64,000 nt of DNA from Dehalococcoidales bacterium (lineage in GTDB: Bacteria; Chloroflexota; Dehalococcoidia; Dehalococcoidales; RBG-16-60-22), in assembly GCA_034418415.1 (NCBI GenBank), contig DAOULS010000080.1:8513-72512 (forward strand), written 5' to 3'. Made by a program: the position numbers and the translations under genes. Below the pieces are notes generated by a model that made no database searches, was not told the origin of the DNA, and was given only the letters and a program-made list of their open reading frames with translations. This document shows positions 46,734 to 56,100 of the stretch, piece after piece (within the stretch, counting starts at the first letter, position 1; each line of letters begins with the position of its first letter).

Positions 46734-47786
46734 GTGTCCAAGAGTTGGGTTTTTTGGCTTGAAGAATTAGGACGGGAGCATAAAGACCTGGTGGGTAATA
46801 AGTGCGCCAACCTGGGGGAGATGTGCAGATTAGGGTTGAGAGTCCCCCCTGGATTTGCTCTTTCCATCAAAGCTTATAAGGACTTTATGGAAATGACAGG
46901 TAACCTCCGGGAGATACAGGGATTGCTGAATAAATCGGCCAACAAAGACCTGAACTTGGACCAAATCAACGAGGCTAGCTCTCATATACGCCAGCTCGTT
47001 GAGTCAAAAGCCATGCCTGAGGAAATGGAGGAGATGATTATCTCGTGCTACAGGGAGCTGTGCCGAAGGTGCCATGTCACTAAAGTTGCTGTGTCAACAC
47101 GCTCCGCCGGGCCTGTAAGTCAGCCGGGGCAGTACGAGACTTACCTTAACATAGTCGGGGAGTCAGATGTGATAGGCGCCATCAAGAAGGTGTGGGCGAG
47201 CACGTTCAATCCCCGTTCCCTGGCCTCCCGTAGCAAAAAGGGAATGCCGCTGTCGAGCGACCCTATTGGTGTAGCTGTGTTAAAAATGGTGAACGCTCGG
47301 GCTGCAGGAATCATTTTCACCGCTGACCCCAATACCGGCGACACTAATAGGATGATAGTCGAGGCAAACTGGGGATTAGGAGAGAGCGTTGTAGCCGGTA
47401 AAATAATCCCCGACGTTTATATCTTGGATAAGAAGAGTTTAGAAATACGTGAGAGGAAACTGGGACAGAAATCAGAATACGTGGTTTGCAGAGAAGCAGG
47501 AGTAGCCGACGAGGAGACTCCGCTGGATAAAAGGTCTAATTTTTGTTTAGGTGACAGTGAGATAAGGGAAATAGGCAGAATGGGCAAGCTGTTGGAGGAG
47601 CATTTCGGTGTGCCTCAGGACGTGGAATGGGCTATAGACCAAGGTCTCTCATTCCCTGATAGCGTTATTCTGCTCCAAACTCGCTCTGCGGTTATAGCAC
47701 AGAGAAAAAAGCCTGTTGACAAGATTATAGACTTAGCGGTAAGTCGGTTTTCAAGAGGAGGATTTGGAGGAATGAAAAAGATGTAG
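46734..47786 (+). CDS. PPDK_N-type ATP-grasp nucleotide-binding protein (phenylphosphate synthase PpsB-like / PEP synthase N-terminal part)
   Basis: VGNKCANLGEM...GLRVPPGFALS, VAVSTRSAG and QDVEWAI motifs of the pyruvate,water-dikinase ATP-binding domain. It lacks His and PEP domains. Confidence 0.85.
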   Translation: MSKSWVFWLEELGREHKDLVGNKCANLGEMCRLGLRVPPGFALSIKAYKDFMEMTGNLREIQGLLNKSANKDLNLDQINEASSHIRQLVESKAMPEEMEEMIISCYRELCRRCHVTKVAVSTRSAGPVSQPGQYETYLNIVGESDVIGAIKKVWASTFNPRSLASRSKKGMPLSSDPIGVAVLKMVNARAAGIIFTADPNTGDTNRMIVEANWGLGESVVAGKIIPDVYILDKKSLEIRERKLGQKSEYVVCREAGVADEETPLDKRSNFCLGDSEIREIGRMGKLLEEHFGVPQDVEWAIDQGLSFPDSVILLQTRSAVIAQRKKPVDKIIDLAVSRFSRGGFGGMKKM

Positions 47787-47858
47787 CGGTTGGTAAAAGT
47801 AATGATACCGACGTAATTTTTACACCCGGCCAAGCAGGATAGAGGGGAGTTTAGAACA

Positions 47859-49214
47859 ATGCAGGACAAGGTGGTCAATTTTATCGATGAGTCCGTAAGA
47901 GATGGCAACCAAAGCCTCTGGGATGCTACGGGGATAACAACCCCTATGATACTTTCAATCGCACCTGTTATGAACCGGGTCGGTTTTAAATCCGTAGTTC
48001 TTACAGCCTCTACACTCATGAGGTTGCAAATTCGCGTGCACCATGAAAATCCCTGGGAGGGCATCCGGCTCGTTGCCAAAGCGCTAAAAGATACCCCTTT
48101 AACCTTCCTGACGACGGGCAGACGTTTCCTGACCTTCACCGTGACGCCTCTCTCCGTTATGTCCCTGGCGATAAAGGTGATGATTGCCAACGGGATAAGG
48201 CGCATTTGGATACTGGAAACTTCACACGAACCTGAATCCACCTACCGAACCGCAAGAATAGCTAAGGAAGCAGGGGCGGAGGAGGTTGTAGCCTCATTGA
48301 TATATTCGATTTCCCCTGTGCATACCAATGAATTCTATGTCCAAAAAGCTAGAGAGTTAGCGAAGTGCCCTGATATTGACGCCATAATGATGGAAGATGT
48401 TGGGGGCCTGCTGACGCCGGAGAGCACTCGAACTCTGATGCCGCTCATTCTACAGAATATCGGCAGTTTGCCGATGGAGCTCCACGCGCACTGTAATACC
48501 GGGCTTGCCCCCATTTGCTATCTTGAAGCTATCAAACAAGGCGTCTCGACGGTCTCGACCTGTATCTCAACTCTTGCCAACGGCAGTTCACTCCCATCCA
48601 CGGAAAACGTCTTGAGTAACATTCAGCGTCTGGGTTATTCGGCGAACTTAGACAAGGAAGCGCTGGAAGCTATGGCCACTCATTTCCGCGGCATTGCCGA
48701 AAGGGAAGGTCGACCGTGTGGCGCACCAGCTGAGTATGATGTTTATTACTACGAGCATCAGATTCCTGGCGGGATGGTAGCGACCCTTAAGCGTCAGCTT
48801 TCCGAGATGGGAGTAGAACACCGGCTGGATGAGATTTTAAAGGAAGCAATCCAGGTCCGTAAGGAGCTTGGTTACCCTATTATGGTTACTCCCTTTTCGC
48901 AGTTTGTGATGGCCCAGGCAACCAACAATGTCATCACGGGCGAGCGGTACAAAGTAGTGCCTGAAGGAATAATCCAATATGTAGCGGGGTGGTTTGGTAA
49001 GCCTCCAGCTCGTTTAGACCAGAATGTTCTGGATAAAATAAGTAGCTTACACCAGGCTAAAAATATTATAGGTAAAGAGCCTCTGGAACCATCTATAGAA
49101 GAGTTGCGTCGCAAAATTGGGGGGAGACTCCCTGATGAGGAATTCTTGCTTCGACTTGCATTGAGGGAGGAGGAAATGAAGGGCGTACGCCCGATCAAGA
49201 CTCAGTACCCGTAG
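47859..49214 (+). CDS. HMGL-like carboxyltransferase domain protein (oxaloacetate decarboxylase alpha / transcarboxylase 5S-like) without a biotinyl domain
   Basis: N-terminal FIDESVRDGNQSLW (compare D-T-x-x-RD-x-xQS), HAHCNTGLA metal-site context and the conserved C-terminal carboxyltransferase extension. It ends at 451 aa with no AMKM-type biotin motif. Confidence 0.8.
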   Translation: MQDKVVNFIDESVRDGNQSLWDATGITTPMILSIAPVMNRVGFKSVVLTASTLMRLQIRVHHENPWEGIRLVAKALKDTPLTFLTTGRRFLTFTVTPLSVMSLAIKVMIANGIRRIWILETSHEPESTYRTARIAKEAGAEEVVASLIYSISPVHTNEFYVQKARELAKCPDIDAIMMEDVGGLLTPESTRTLMPLILQNIGSLPMELHAHCNTGLAPICYLEAIKQGVSTVSTCISTLANGSSLPSTENVLSNIQRLGYSANLDKEALEAMATHFRGIAEREGRPCGAPAEYDVYYYEHQIPGGMVATLKRQLSEMGVEHRLDEILKEAIQVRKELGYPIMVTPFSQFVMAQATNNVITGERYKVVPEGIIQYVAGWFGKPPARLDQNVLDKISSLHQAKNIIGKEPLEPSIEELRRKIGGRLPDEEFLLRLALREEEMKGVRPIKTQYP

Positions 49215-49280
49215 CAACTTATTATCCGGGACGGATATATATCACAAGTATGCCATAAGGGTATTAACTTGGAGATAGTT

Positions 49281-50507
49281 ATGAAGAAGATAATCATCAT
49301 TGCTACTTTGGATAATAGAGACCAGGAGGTCAGCTACCTGAAGGAACTTATCTTGCAGAGGAGACAGCAACCTCTGATCATTGATATTGGCTTTAGAGGG
49401 GAGCCGAGGCTAGCGGCAGACATTACTGCTGCAGAAGTAGCCAAAGCCGCCGGCGCCAAAATAGAGGAGTTACGGAAACCCGAGGGAAGGAAGAGAACGA
49501 CTGAGTTAATGATTCAGGGGGCAATAGTGAAACTGGACGCTCTATGTCGGGCGGGTGAGGTATCGGGCATGATTGCCATTGGTGGCATGACCACTTTGGT
49601 CATGGCCTCCGGCATCATGAGAGAAATGCCTTACCAAATTCCCAAGCTCATCGTTTCCAGTACTGCCTCGTCGCCCGGTGTCAACCGCCTTTTCGGTGCC
49701 GCGGGAATAACCTTAATGCATTCGCTGATCGACGTGAGAGGCCTTAATAGCCTGCTTAAAACCCAATTGAGTAGAGCGGCCGCAGCTATTTGCGGTATGG
49801 TGGAAGCTGAAATTCCACCTCCTTATCCTGAGAAAGGAAAACCAAGGATAGCCATGACTACCTACGGATACATAGATAACTGCGCCCGTTATATTAGAGA
49901 GTCGTTGGGAGAAAAATATGAGCTCATCGGCTTCCATGCCACCGGAATGCCGGAAGTGGCCATGGAGAAGCTCATCGAGGAGGGCTTCTTCAGCGGTGTT
50001 ATTGACCTGGTGCCGTCCAGCATAACTAATGAGAAGTTCAGCGGCTCGCGAATCTCCTGGTCCAGGCGGCTGGAAGTAGCCGGGGAGAAAGGCCTCCCCC
50101 AGGTAGTGGCACCAGCGGGAGTAGATACTATTTCTCGAACCGGACTTACCTCCGAAGAGTTAGCCCCCGAACTCAAAATACGAAAACATTACTTTATGGA
50201 TGAACAACGGGTGACGGTGTTCTTGAATGAGGATGAATTAAGGAACATCGCCTCGGTTTACGCTGAAAAACTTAATATGGCGAAAGGCCCAACTAAGTTT
50301 CTCATCCCAAAGCGAGGGTGGCTTTCGATAGAAAAGGAAGGTGGCGAGTTTTACTCCCCTCAAGGCATTCAGTCGTTTGTTGATGGACTTAAGGAGAAGT
50401 TAAAGCCGGGGATTGAGATAAGGGAGGTGGACGCAAATATTGACGAGCCGGCTTTTGCTCGCGAGGTGGTTAATGCATTTGAGGAAGTAATGATAAAGCA
50501 GTTTTGA
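49281..50507 (+). CDS. UPF0261 / Tm-1-like ATP-binding domain protein
   Basis: MKKIIIIATLDNRDQEVSYLKE... N-terminus, with length and collinearity typical of UPF0261. ATG 49281 (GGAGAT RBS) is preferred over the track's TTG 49269. Confidence 0.7.
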   Translation: MKKIIIIATLDNRDQEVSYLKELILQRRQQPLIIDIGFRGEPRLAADITAAEVAKAAGAKIEELRKPEGRKRTTELMIQGAIVKLDALCRAGEVSGMIAIGGMTTLVMASGIMREMPYQIPKLIVSSTASSPGVNRLFGAAGITLMHSLIDVRGLNSLLKTQLSRAAAAICGMVEAEIPPPYPEKGKPRIAMTTYGYIDNCARYIRESLGEKYELIGFHATGMPEVAMEKLIEEGFFSGVIDLVPSSITNEKFSGSRISWSRRLEVAGEKGLPQVVAPAGVDTISRTGLTSEELAPELKIRKHYFMDEQRVTVFLNEDELRNIASVYAEKLNMAKGPTKFLIPKRGWLSIEKEGGEFYSPQGIQSFVDGLKEKLKPGIEIREVDANIDEPAFAREVVNAFEEVMIKQF

Positions 50508-50577
50508 ATTATATGATGCCTGTAATACCGGATAAGTTAACTATCGAAAGAGATGAAGTTCTACCTTCTGTACATTA

Positions 50578-50654
50578 TGGTGGGCGGTAGAGGACTTGAA
50601 CCACTGACCTCCGCGATGTCAACGCGGCGCTCTAACCAACTGAGCTAACCGCCC
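50578..50654 (-). tRNA. tRNA-Val (anticodon GAC), CCA encoded
   Basis: I folded it by hand. Acceptor GGGCGGT/ACCGCCC, D stem GCTC/GAGC, anticodon stem CCGCG/CGCGG with loop TTGACAT, T arm AGTGG-TTCAAGT-CCTCT (one U-U mismatch), and 3' ACCA. Confidence 0.9.
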
Positions 50655-50842
50655 TTAATACAATTCAATTCTACTAAATGCCCCCTTTTAACGTCAACCT
50701 GTATTGCCTTCAGGATGTATTTTAGTATAGGATATGTTAAAATCTATGCACGGTATTGAAACGTTATATTAATTTAGGGAGCGGCTTATATATTTATAGC
50801 TGGACTCTTCTGAAAAGCTGCGGGAAGGTACAGGTATAAAAG

Positions 50843-51931
50843 ATGGGTATCTTAAGAGGTCTTGCCACAAGTATTCTAAGCTTTATACTGTTCCTGACAC
50901 TGATGGTTTTCAGCATTGCCTTCATGCTTAAGGGCACCGTCCTGAACTATGATTTTGTTTCTGACCAGGTGGATAAGGTGCCGATAACCGATATCGCCCG
51001 CGATTTAGGCGATGAGCTAATCACCTCACAATTAACTCAAGATATGCCTTTTGCAAAAGACGTAGCATTGAATGTCCTGGAACAAAAGGAACCGTGGATT
51101 AAAGATACATTAAAAGAAGCCATGGACAGCGGTTATGACTATATACTGGGTGAGACGGATACGCTGTACATCGTGCTTCCGTTATCCGAACTGAAGGCGG
51201 ACCTCCAGAGTACGCTGTGGGATGAAGCCAGGTCTTATCTCCGTCAGGAGCTTGTCGGGAAGTCCGAAGCAGAAATATCAGTATACCTCCAGGATATAGT
51301 GCGGCAGATTCCCACCGACTTGATGCCCCCGGAGCTGGCCGCTTTGCCTCAAAACGTGCGTAATCTTGCCGTCGAACAGTATTTGAGAGATTTTGCAGGG
51401 CTGAATTCCGTTGTCGGCCTGCCGCCGGAAGTAACCGCCTCGGTCGAGGATAGCGCCAGAGAGTATTTCGACGAATTTCTTGAGGACTTTATCGACGAAA
51501 TCCCGAATACCTACACCATTGACGAGAGTACTCTCGGGGCCGATACCATGAATGCGATATCTAACGCCAAGACGGCGATTGGGTATTTCCAGACCTACTA
51601 TCCCTGGATGATTGTCCTGATGATTGTCCTGGCGGCCCTGATTTTCGTGATTAACATGAACATAAGAGCCACCGCCAGAGCCCTGGGGACCAACCTGTGT
51701 ATTTACGGCGGTCTTAGCTTGATAGGAATCATCGTTGTTAAGGCTGTTTCACCGTTCCACTATATTACGGATGCCTTTGATGTCCCGTCTACGCTAACTA
51801 CCTGGGCGGAGGGTGTGGCTAACGACATAACCTCGGTAGGCCTGCCGTTATCTATAGGTCTGCTGGTGGCGGGTGTGGTTTTGCTGGTGGTGTCCTTTGT
51901 TATTAAACCCAAAGCCGCCCCGGAGGCGTGA
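50843..51931 (+). CDS. Hypothetical membrane protein (N-terminal TM, large extracytoplasmic acidic domain, C-terminal TM bundle)
   Basis: Long ORF with TM segments at both ends. No family recognised. Confidence 0.6.
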   Translation: MGILRGLATSILSFILFLTLMVFSIAFMLKGTVLNYDFVSDQVDKVPITDIARDLGDELITSQLTQDMPFAKDVALNVLEQKEPWIKDTLKEAMDSGYDYILGETDTLYIVLPLSELKADLQSTLWDEARSYLRQELVGKSEAEISVYLQDIVRQIPTDLMPPELAALPQNVRNLAVEQYLRDFAGLNSVVGLPPEVTASVEDSAREYFDEFLEDFIDEIPNTYTIDESTLGADTMNAISNAKTAIGYFQTYYPWMIVLMIVLAALIFVINMNIRATARALGTNLCIYGGLSLIGIIVVKAVSPFHYITDAFDVPSTLTTWAEGVANDITSVGLPLSIGLLVAGVVLLVVSFVIKPKAAPEA

Positions 51932-51934
51932 TAA

Positions 51935-52315
51935 TTGAAATATAAAATACCCGTATTTATCTTGATTTTGTTGCTGCTAGCGGTCTCCGGCTGTTCATTC
52001 CTGCAGGACACGGAAGGCCCGCCGAGGAAGGCGGAACTGGCTATTATCAAGCAGGAACTGACCAAGGACGAGGAAGGCAATGTAATCTATCTTGTGTCTG
52101 TTAAAAATATCAGTCAGGTGACCGTTGAGCTGGCCGAGGTCAAGGTAAGCTTCTACGACTCTCAAGATAATTTTATCGGCAGCACAACGGACAGCGTCCT
52201 GAACTTGAAACCGGACGATACCTGGGACTTTTACATACAATGCCAGGGGGACTGTCAGGACATTCAGCGCTGTGATGTTGAAGTAATGGTGGGGACAAGT
52301 AGCGGGGGATTGTAA
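51935..52315 (+). CDS. Small lipoprotein (FxLYD/DUF3426-like beta-sandwich guess)
   Basis: Signal peptide with lipobox LLAVSG-C. Starts 4 nt after the preceding gene's stop. Confidence 0.5.
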   Translation: MKYKIPVFILILLLLAVSGCSFLQDTEGPPRKAELAIIKQELTKDEEGNVIYLVSVKNISQVTVELAEVKVSFYDSQDNFIGSTTDSVLNLKPDDTWDFYIQCQGDCQDIQRCDVEVMVGTSSGGL

Positions 52316-52332
52316 ATTTCGTAAGTTATTAG

Positions 52333-53019
52333 TTAAACTGGTGCGTCTTTATATTTCCTCCACAGCCACCACCCCAGACCTCCCAGTATCAGGGCGGCGA
52401 CTACTTTAGCCACGGAGCAGTAGATAGCGGCGTCGAACCAGAAGCCCTCCGGGAAAAGCATTATCAGGTAGTCCGTCGCCGGGTTAAGCAGCCACAGGTC
52501 ATTGGCGAAGCTGATGATGTGGAACTGCCAGAACAGCCAGTGAAAATCGATGATGGCCGCCAGTCCCAGCGCCGCCATCAGCGCTATGGAAAGGCCACTG
52601 CCCCAGACCAGCCCCAGCCCTAACCTCCGTTTGTCCCCCCACCAGAAAAGGGCGATGCCGGCGTAAGCCAGAACGTAGATGCCCGTCCCCATCAGTAGCC
52701 TGTAAACCAGCTGGAATATCGCCTTGACGTCCTTAAGGTGCCCCACCTCCCGCTGGTTGAAGACGGTGAAGGGCTGTCCGTCCTTCATCACGGTGATATT
52801 GAAGGTCTCGTCACCGGAGTTCCAGTACCCGATTAGTCCTTGGGCTACCTTTTCCAGCTGTGACGACTCCAGTCCCGTCACCTGGACGACGTCGTATTTA
52901 TCGAAGCCGTACTCGTAGAGCCAGATGCAGTTGGCGGCCACGCTGACGCTGGCGGTAAAAAGCATCACCGGCAGGCACAAAACGAACAGCCACCAGGCTA
53001 TTAACCTCACTATTTTCAT
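52333..53019 (-). CDS. TIGR01906/DUF1461-family integral membrane protein (Lit-like)
   Basis: Motifs FNQREVGHLKDVKAIF and FHIISFANDLWLLNPATDYLIMLFPEGFW fit my recollection of the family pattern. Confidence 0.6.
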   Translation of the reverse strand: MKIVRLIAWWLFVLCLPVMLFTASVSVAANCIWLYEYGFDKYDVVQVTGLESSQLEKVAQGLIGYWNSGDETFNITVMKDGQPFTVFNQREVGHLKDVKAIFQLVYRLLMGTGIYVLAYAGIALFWWGDKRRLGLGLVWGSGLSIALMAALGLAAIIDFHWLFWQFHIISFANDLWLLNPATDYLIMLFPEGFWFDAAIYCSVAKVVAALILGGLGWWLWRKYKDAPV

Positions 53020-53108
53020 CTGTTAAATTTCTTCCCCTGCGTCTCTTAATAATACTCTAAAAAATGCGTCCTGTGCTATAATAATGAAGACCATTCTCGG
53101 GGGGCATC

Positions 53109-56100
53109 ATGTTTACCCATCTCCACGTTCACACTGAATACAGCCTGCTTGACGGGATGTGCTCTATCCCCAAGCTCGTCGCCCGCGCCAAAGAACTCGG
53201 TATGGATGCCCTGGCGATAACCGACCACGGCGTGATGTACGGCGTCATCGAGTTCTACCAGGCGGCTAAAGAGGCCGGTATCAAGCCCATTATCGGCTGC
53301 GAAATCTATATCGCCCCGGGGAGTCGTTTCAGCAAGAACGCCGTCGACAGGAACAATTACCACCTTGTCCTGCTGGCTAAAGACCAGACCGGCTACCAGA
53401 ACCTTATCCAGCTCATCACCAAAGCCCATCTGGAGGGATTTTACTACAAACCCAGGGTGGACAAAGAGCTGCTGGAGCAGCACAAGGACGGACTCATCGC
53501 CATGAGCGCCTGCAACTCCGGCGAGCTTAGCCAGTATATACTCAACGGGCGCTATGAGGACGCCAAACAAGCGGCCCTCTGGTACAAGGAGACTTTCAAG
53601 GACTATTACCTGGAAATCATGCGCCACCCCATCCCGGAGCTTGAAGCCGTTAACAAGTATCTGGTCGAGATGGGCAAGGAACTAGACATCCCCATCGTCG
53701 CCACCAACGATACCCACTACGTTAAAAAGGAAGACGCCTCCGCCCACGATATTCTGCTCTGCATCGGCACGAACACTACCATTCACGACGATAAGCGTAT
53801 GAAAATGGCGGGCGACTTTTTCTATCTCAAGGGGCCGGAAGAAATGGCGGAGCTTTATAAGGACATCCCGCAGGCGCTGGAAAATACCGAGCGCATCGCC
53901 GAGATGTGCAATCTGGAGATGGAGTTCGGGCGACTGCACCTGCCGGAAATCGGCATCCCCGAGGGCAAGACCCCCGACCAGTTTCTCGCCGACCTGTGCT
54001 ACGAAAACCTGGAGAAGTATTACCCCGACCCCACCCCGGAAATCAAAAAACGACTTGAGTACGAGCTTGAGGTCATCAAGACGACCGAGTTCGCCAATTA
54101 CATCCTGGTGGTCTGGGATATAATCTCTTTTACCAGGAGCAAGAACATCCTGTTCGGCGTGAGGGGCAGCGCTGCTTCAAGTCTCGTCCTTCACTGCCTC
54201 GGCATCACCCCCCTCGACCCCCTTGATTTTAATCTGGTGTTTGAGCGCTTCTTAAATATAGAGCGCAAGGAAATGCCGGATGTGGACATGGACTTCCAGG
54301 ACGACCGCCGTGACGAGGTGATTGCCTACGTTACCCAGAAATACGGTCAGGACCACGTCGCCCAGATTATCACCTTCGGCACGCTGGGCGCCAGGGCGGC
54401 GATTCGCGACGTCGGCAGGGCGCTGGGCATGTCTTACGGCGACGTTGACCGCGTGGCGCGGCTGGTGCCCGGCAATCCGGGCATGACGCTGGCGCGGGCG
54501 ATGGACGATAACCATGAGCTTAGAAAAATCTATGAGGAAGATGAAATCGTCCGTAACCTGGTGAATACCGCCCGCCGCGTCGAAGGGGTGTCCCGCCACG
54601 CCAGCACCCACGCCGCAGGGGTCGTTATCTCCAGGGAGCCCCTGACTAAATACGTGCCTCTTCAGCGTTCCTCCCGGACGGAAAACCAGGAAGCTGTCAT
54701 GACCCAGTTCTCCATGAACGATATCGCCCGCATCGGGCTGCTCAAGATGGACTTCTTGGGATTAGCCAATCTGACCATTTTAGGTAAAGCTAAGGATATC
54801 ATTAAAGAGAAACACGGTGTGGATATCGACTTATTTAATCTGCCCATGGACGATAAAAAGACCTACGACCTGCTGGCGGCAGGGGAAACGGCCGGCGTCT
54901 TTCAGCTGGAAGGCTCTGGCATGAGACGCTATATCAAGGAGCTCAAGCCTTCCGTTTTCAGCGATATCGCCGCTATGGTGGCGCTTTACCGTCCCGGTCC
55001 TATGGAGCACATTCCCCGCTTCATCGATGCCAAGCACGGGAAGATACCGATACGCTATCCCCACCCCGCCCTGGAAAGCATCCTCAAAGAGACCTACGGC
55101 GTCATCGTTTACCAGGAGCAGGTGTTGCTGATTGTCCAGGAGTTCGCTGGCTACAGTCTGGGTCAGGCGGACATCTTCCGCAAGGCGATGGGCAAAAAAA
55201 TCGCCGAAACGATGAAGAAGGAAAAGCGTGCCTTTATCAGCGGCGCTAAGAAAAAGGGCTTTACCACGGAAATCGCGGAGGAGGTCTTTGCCTTAATCGA
55301 GCCTTTTACCGGCTACGCGTTTAATAAAGCGCACGCCTGGTGCTACGCCCTGATTGCCTACCAGACGGCTTATCTCAAGGCTAATTACACGGCGGAGTAT
55401 ATCGACGCTTTTCTGACCATCCACGCCGGGGAATTGGAAAAGACCGCCGGCGCCATCGCCGAATGCCGCCGTCTCAATATCGAGGTCCTGCCGCCGGATA
55501 TCAACCGCAGTCAGCTTGATTTTTCTATCGAAAGCAACGGTGATGGCAGTCCAGCCATACGCTTCGGGCTTGCCGCCGTGAAAAACGTGGGCGGCGGAGC
55601 CATCGAACCTTTGATTAAGGAACGCAATAAGAACGGAATGTTCAAATCAATCGAGGACCTCTGCCGTCGCGCCAATCTGCAGTCGGTCAACCGGCGCGTC
55701 ATGGAAAGCTTGATAAAAGCCGGCGCGCTGGACAGCCTGGGGAACCGGGGGGCTCTGTTAAACAGCGTCTCACGTATTTTGTCGCTGGCGCAGCGGGAGC
55801 AACGACTCCGTGAAACGGGGCAGACCACCATGTTCGACCTTTTTGGAGAATCCACCGCGGTGCCCCTGCCGGAGCTTGAACTGGCACCCTCTGAAGTCAC
55901 CGATAGAGAAAAGGGGCTCTGGGAAAAGGAGCTGCTGGGCGTCAGCTTCTCGGAAAAGCCGTTCAGTCCCGTTTTCAGCAGTACCAATCCCGATACCAAG
56001 TTCTGCGAAGAGATAAACACGGAACTCAATGGGCAAAACGTGGTGCTGGCCGGACGGCTCGTCTCGGCGCGCTATCTGCTGACCAAGGACGGGCGGTCTT

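Noticed and set aside
35289-50654. tRNA-Val-anchored mobile genomic island
   Set aside because: I found no integrase, recombinase, transposase or conjugation gene. I also found no obvious direct repeat of the tRNA 3' end by eye. I kept only the weaker 'rearrangement scar' observation.
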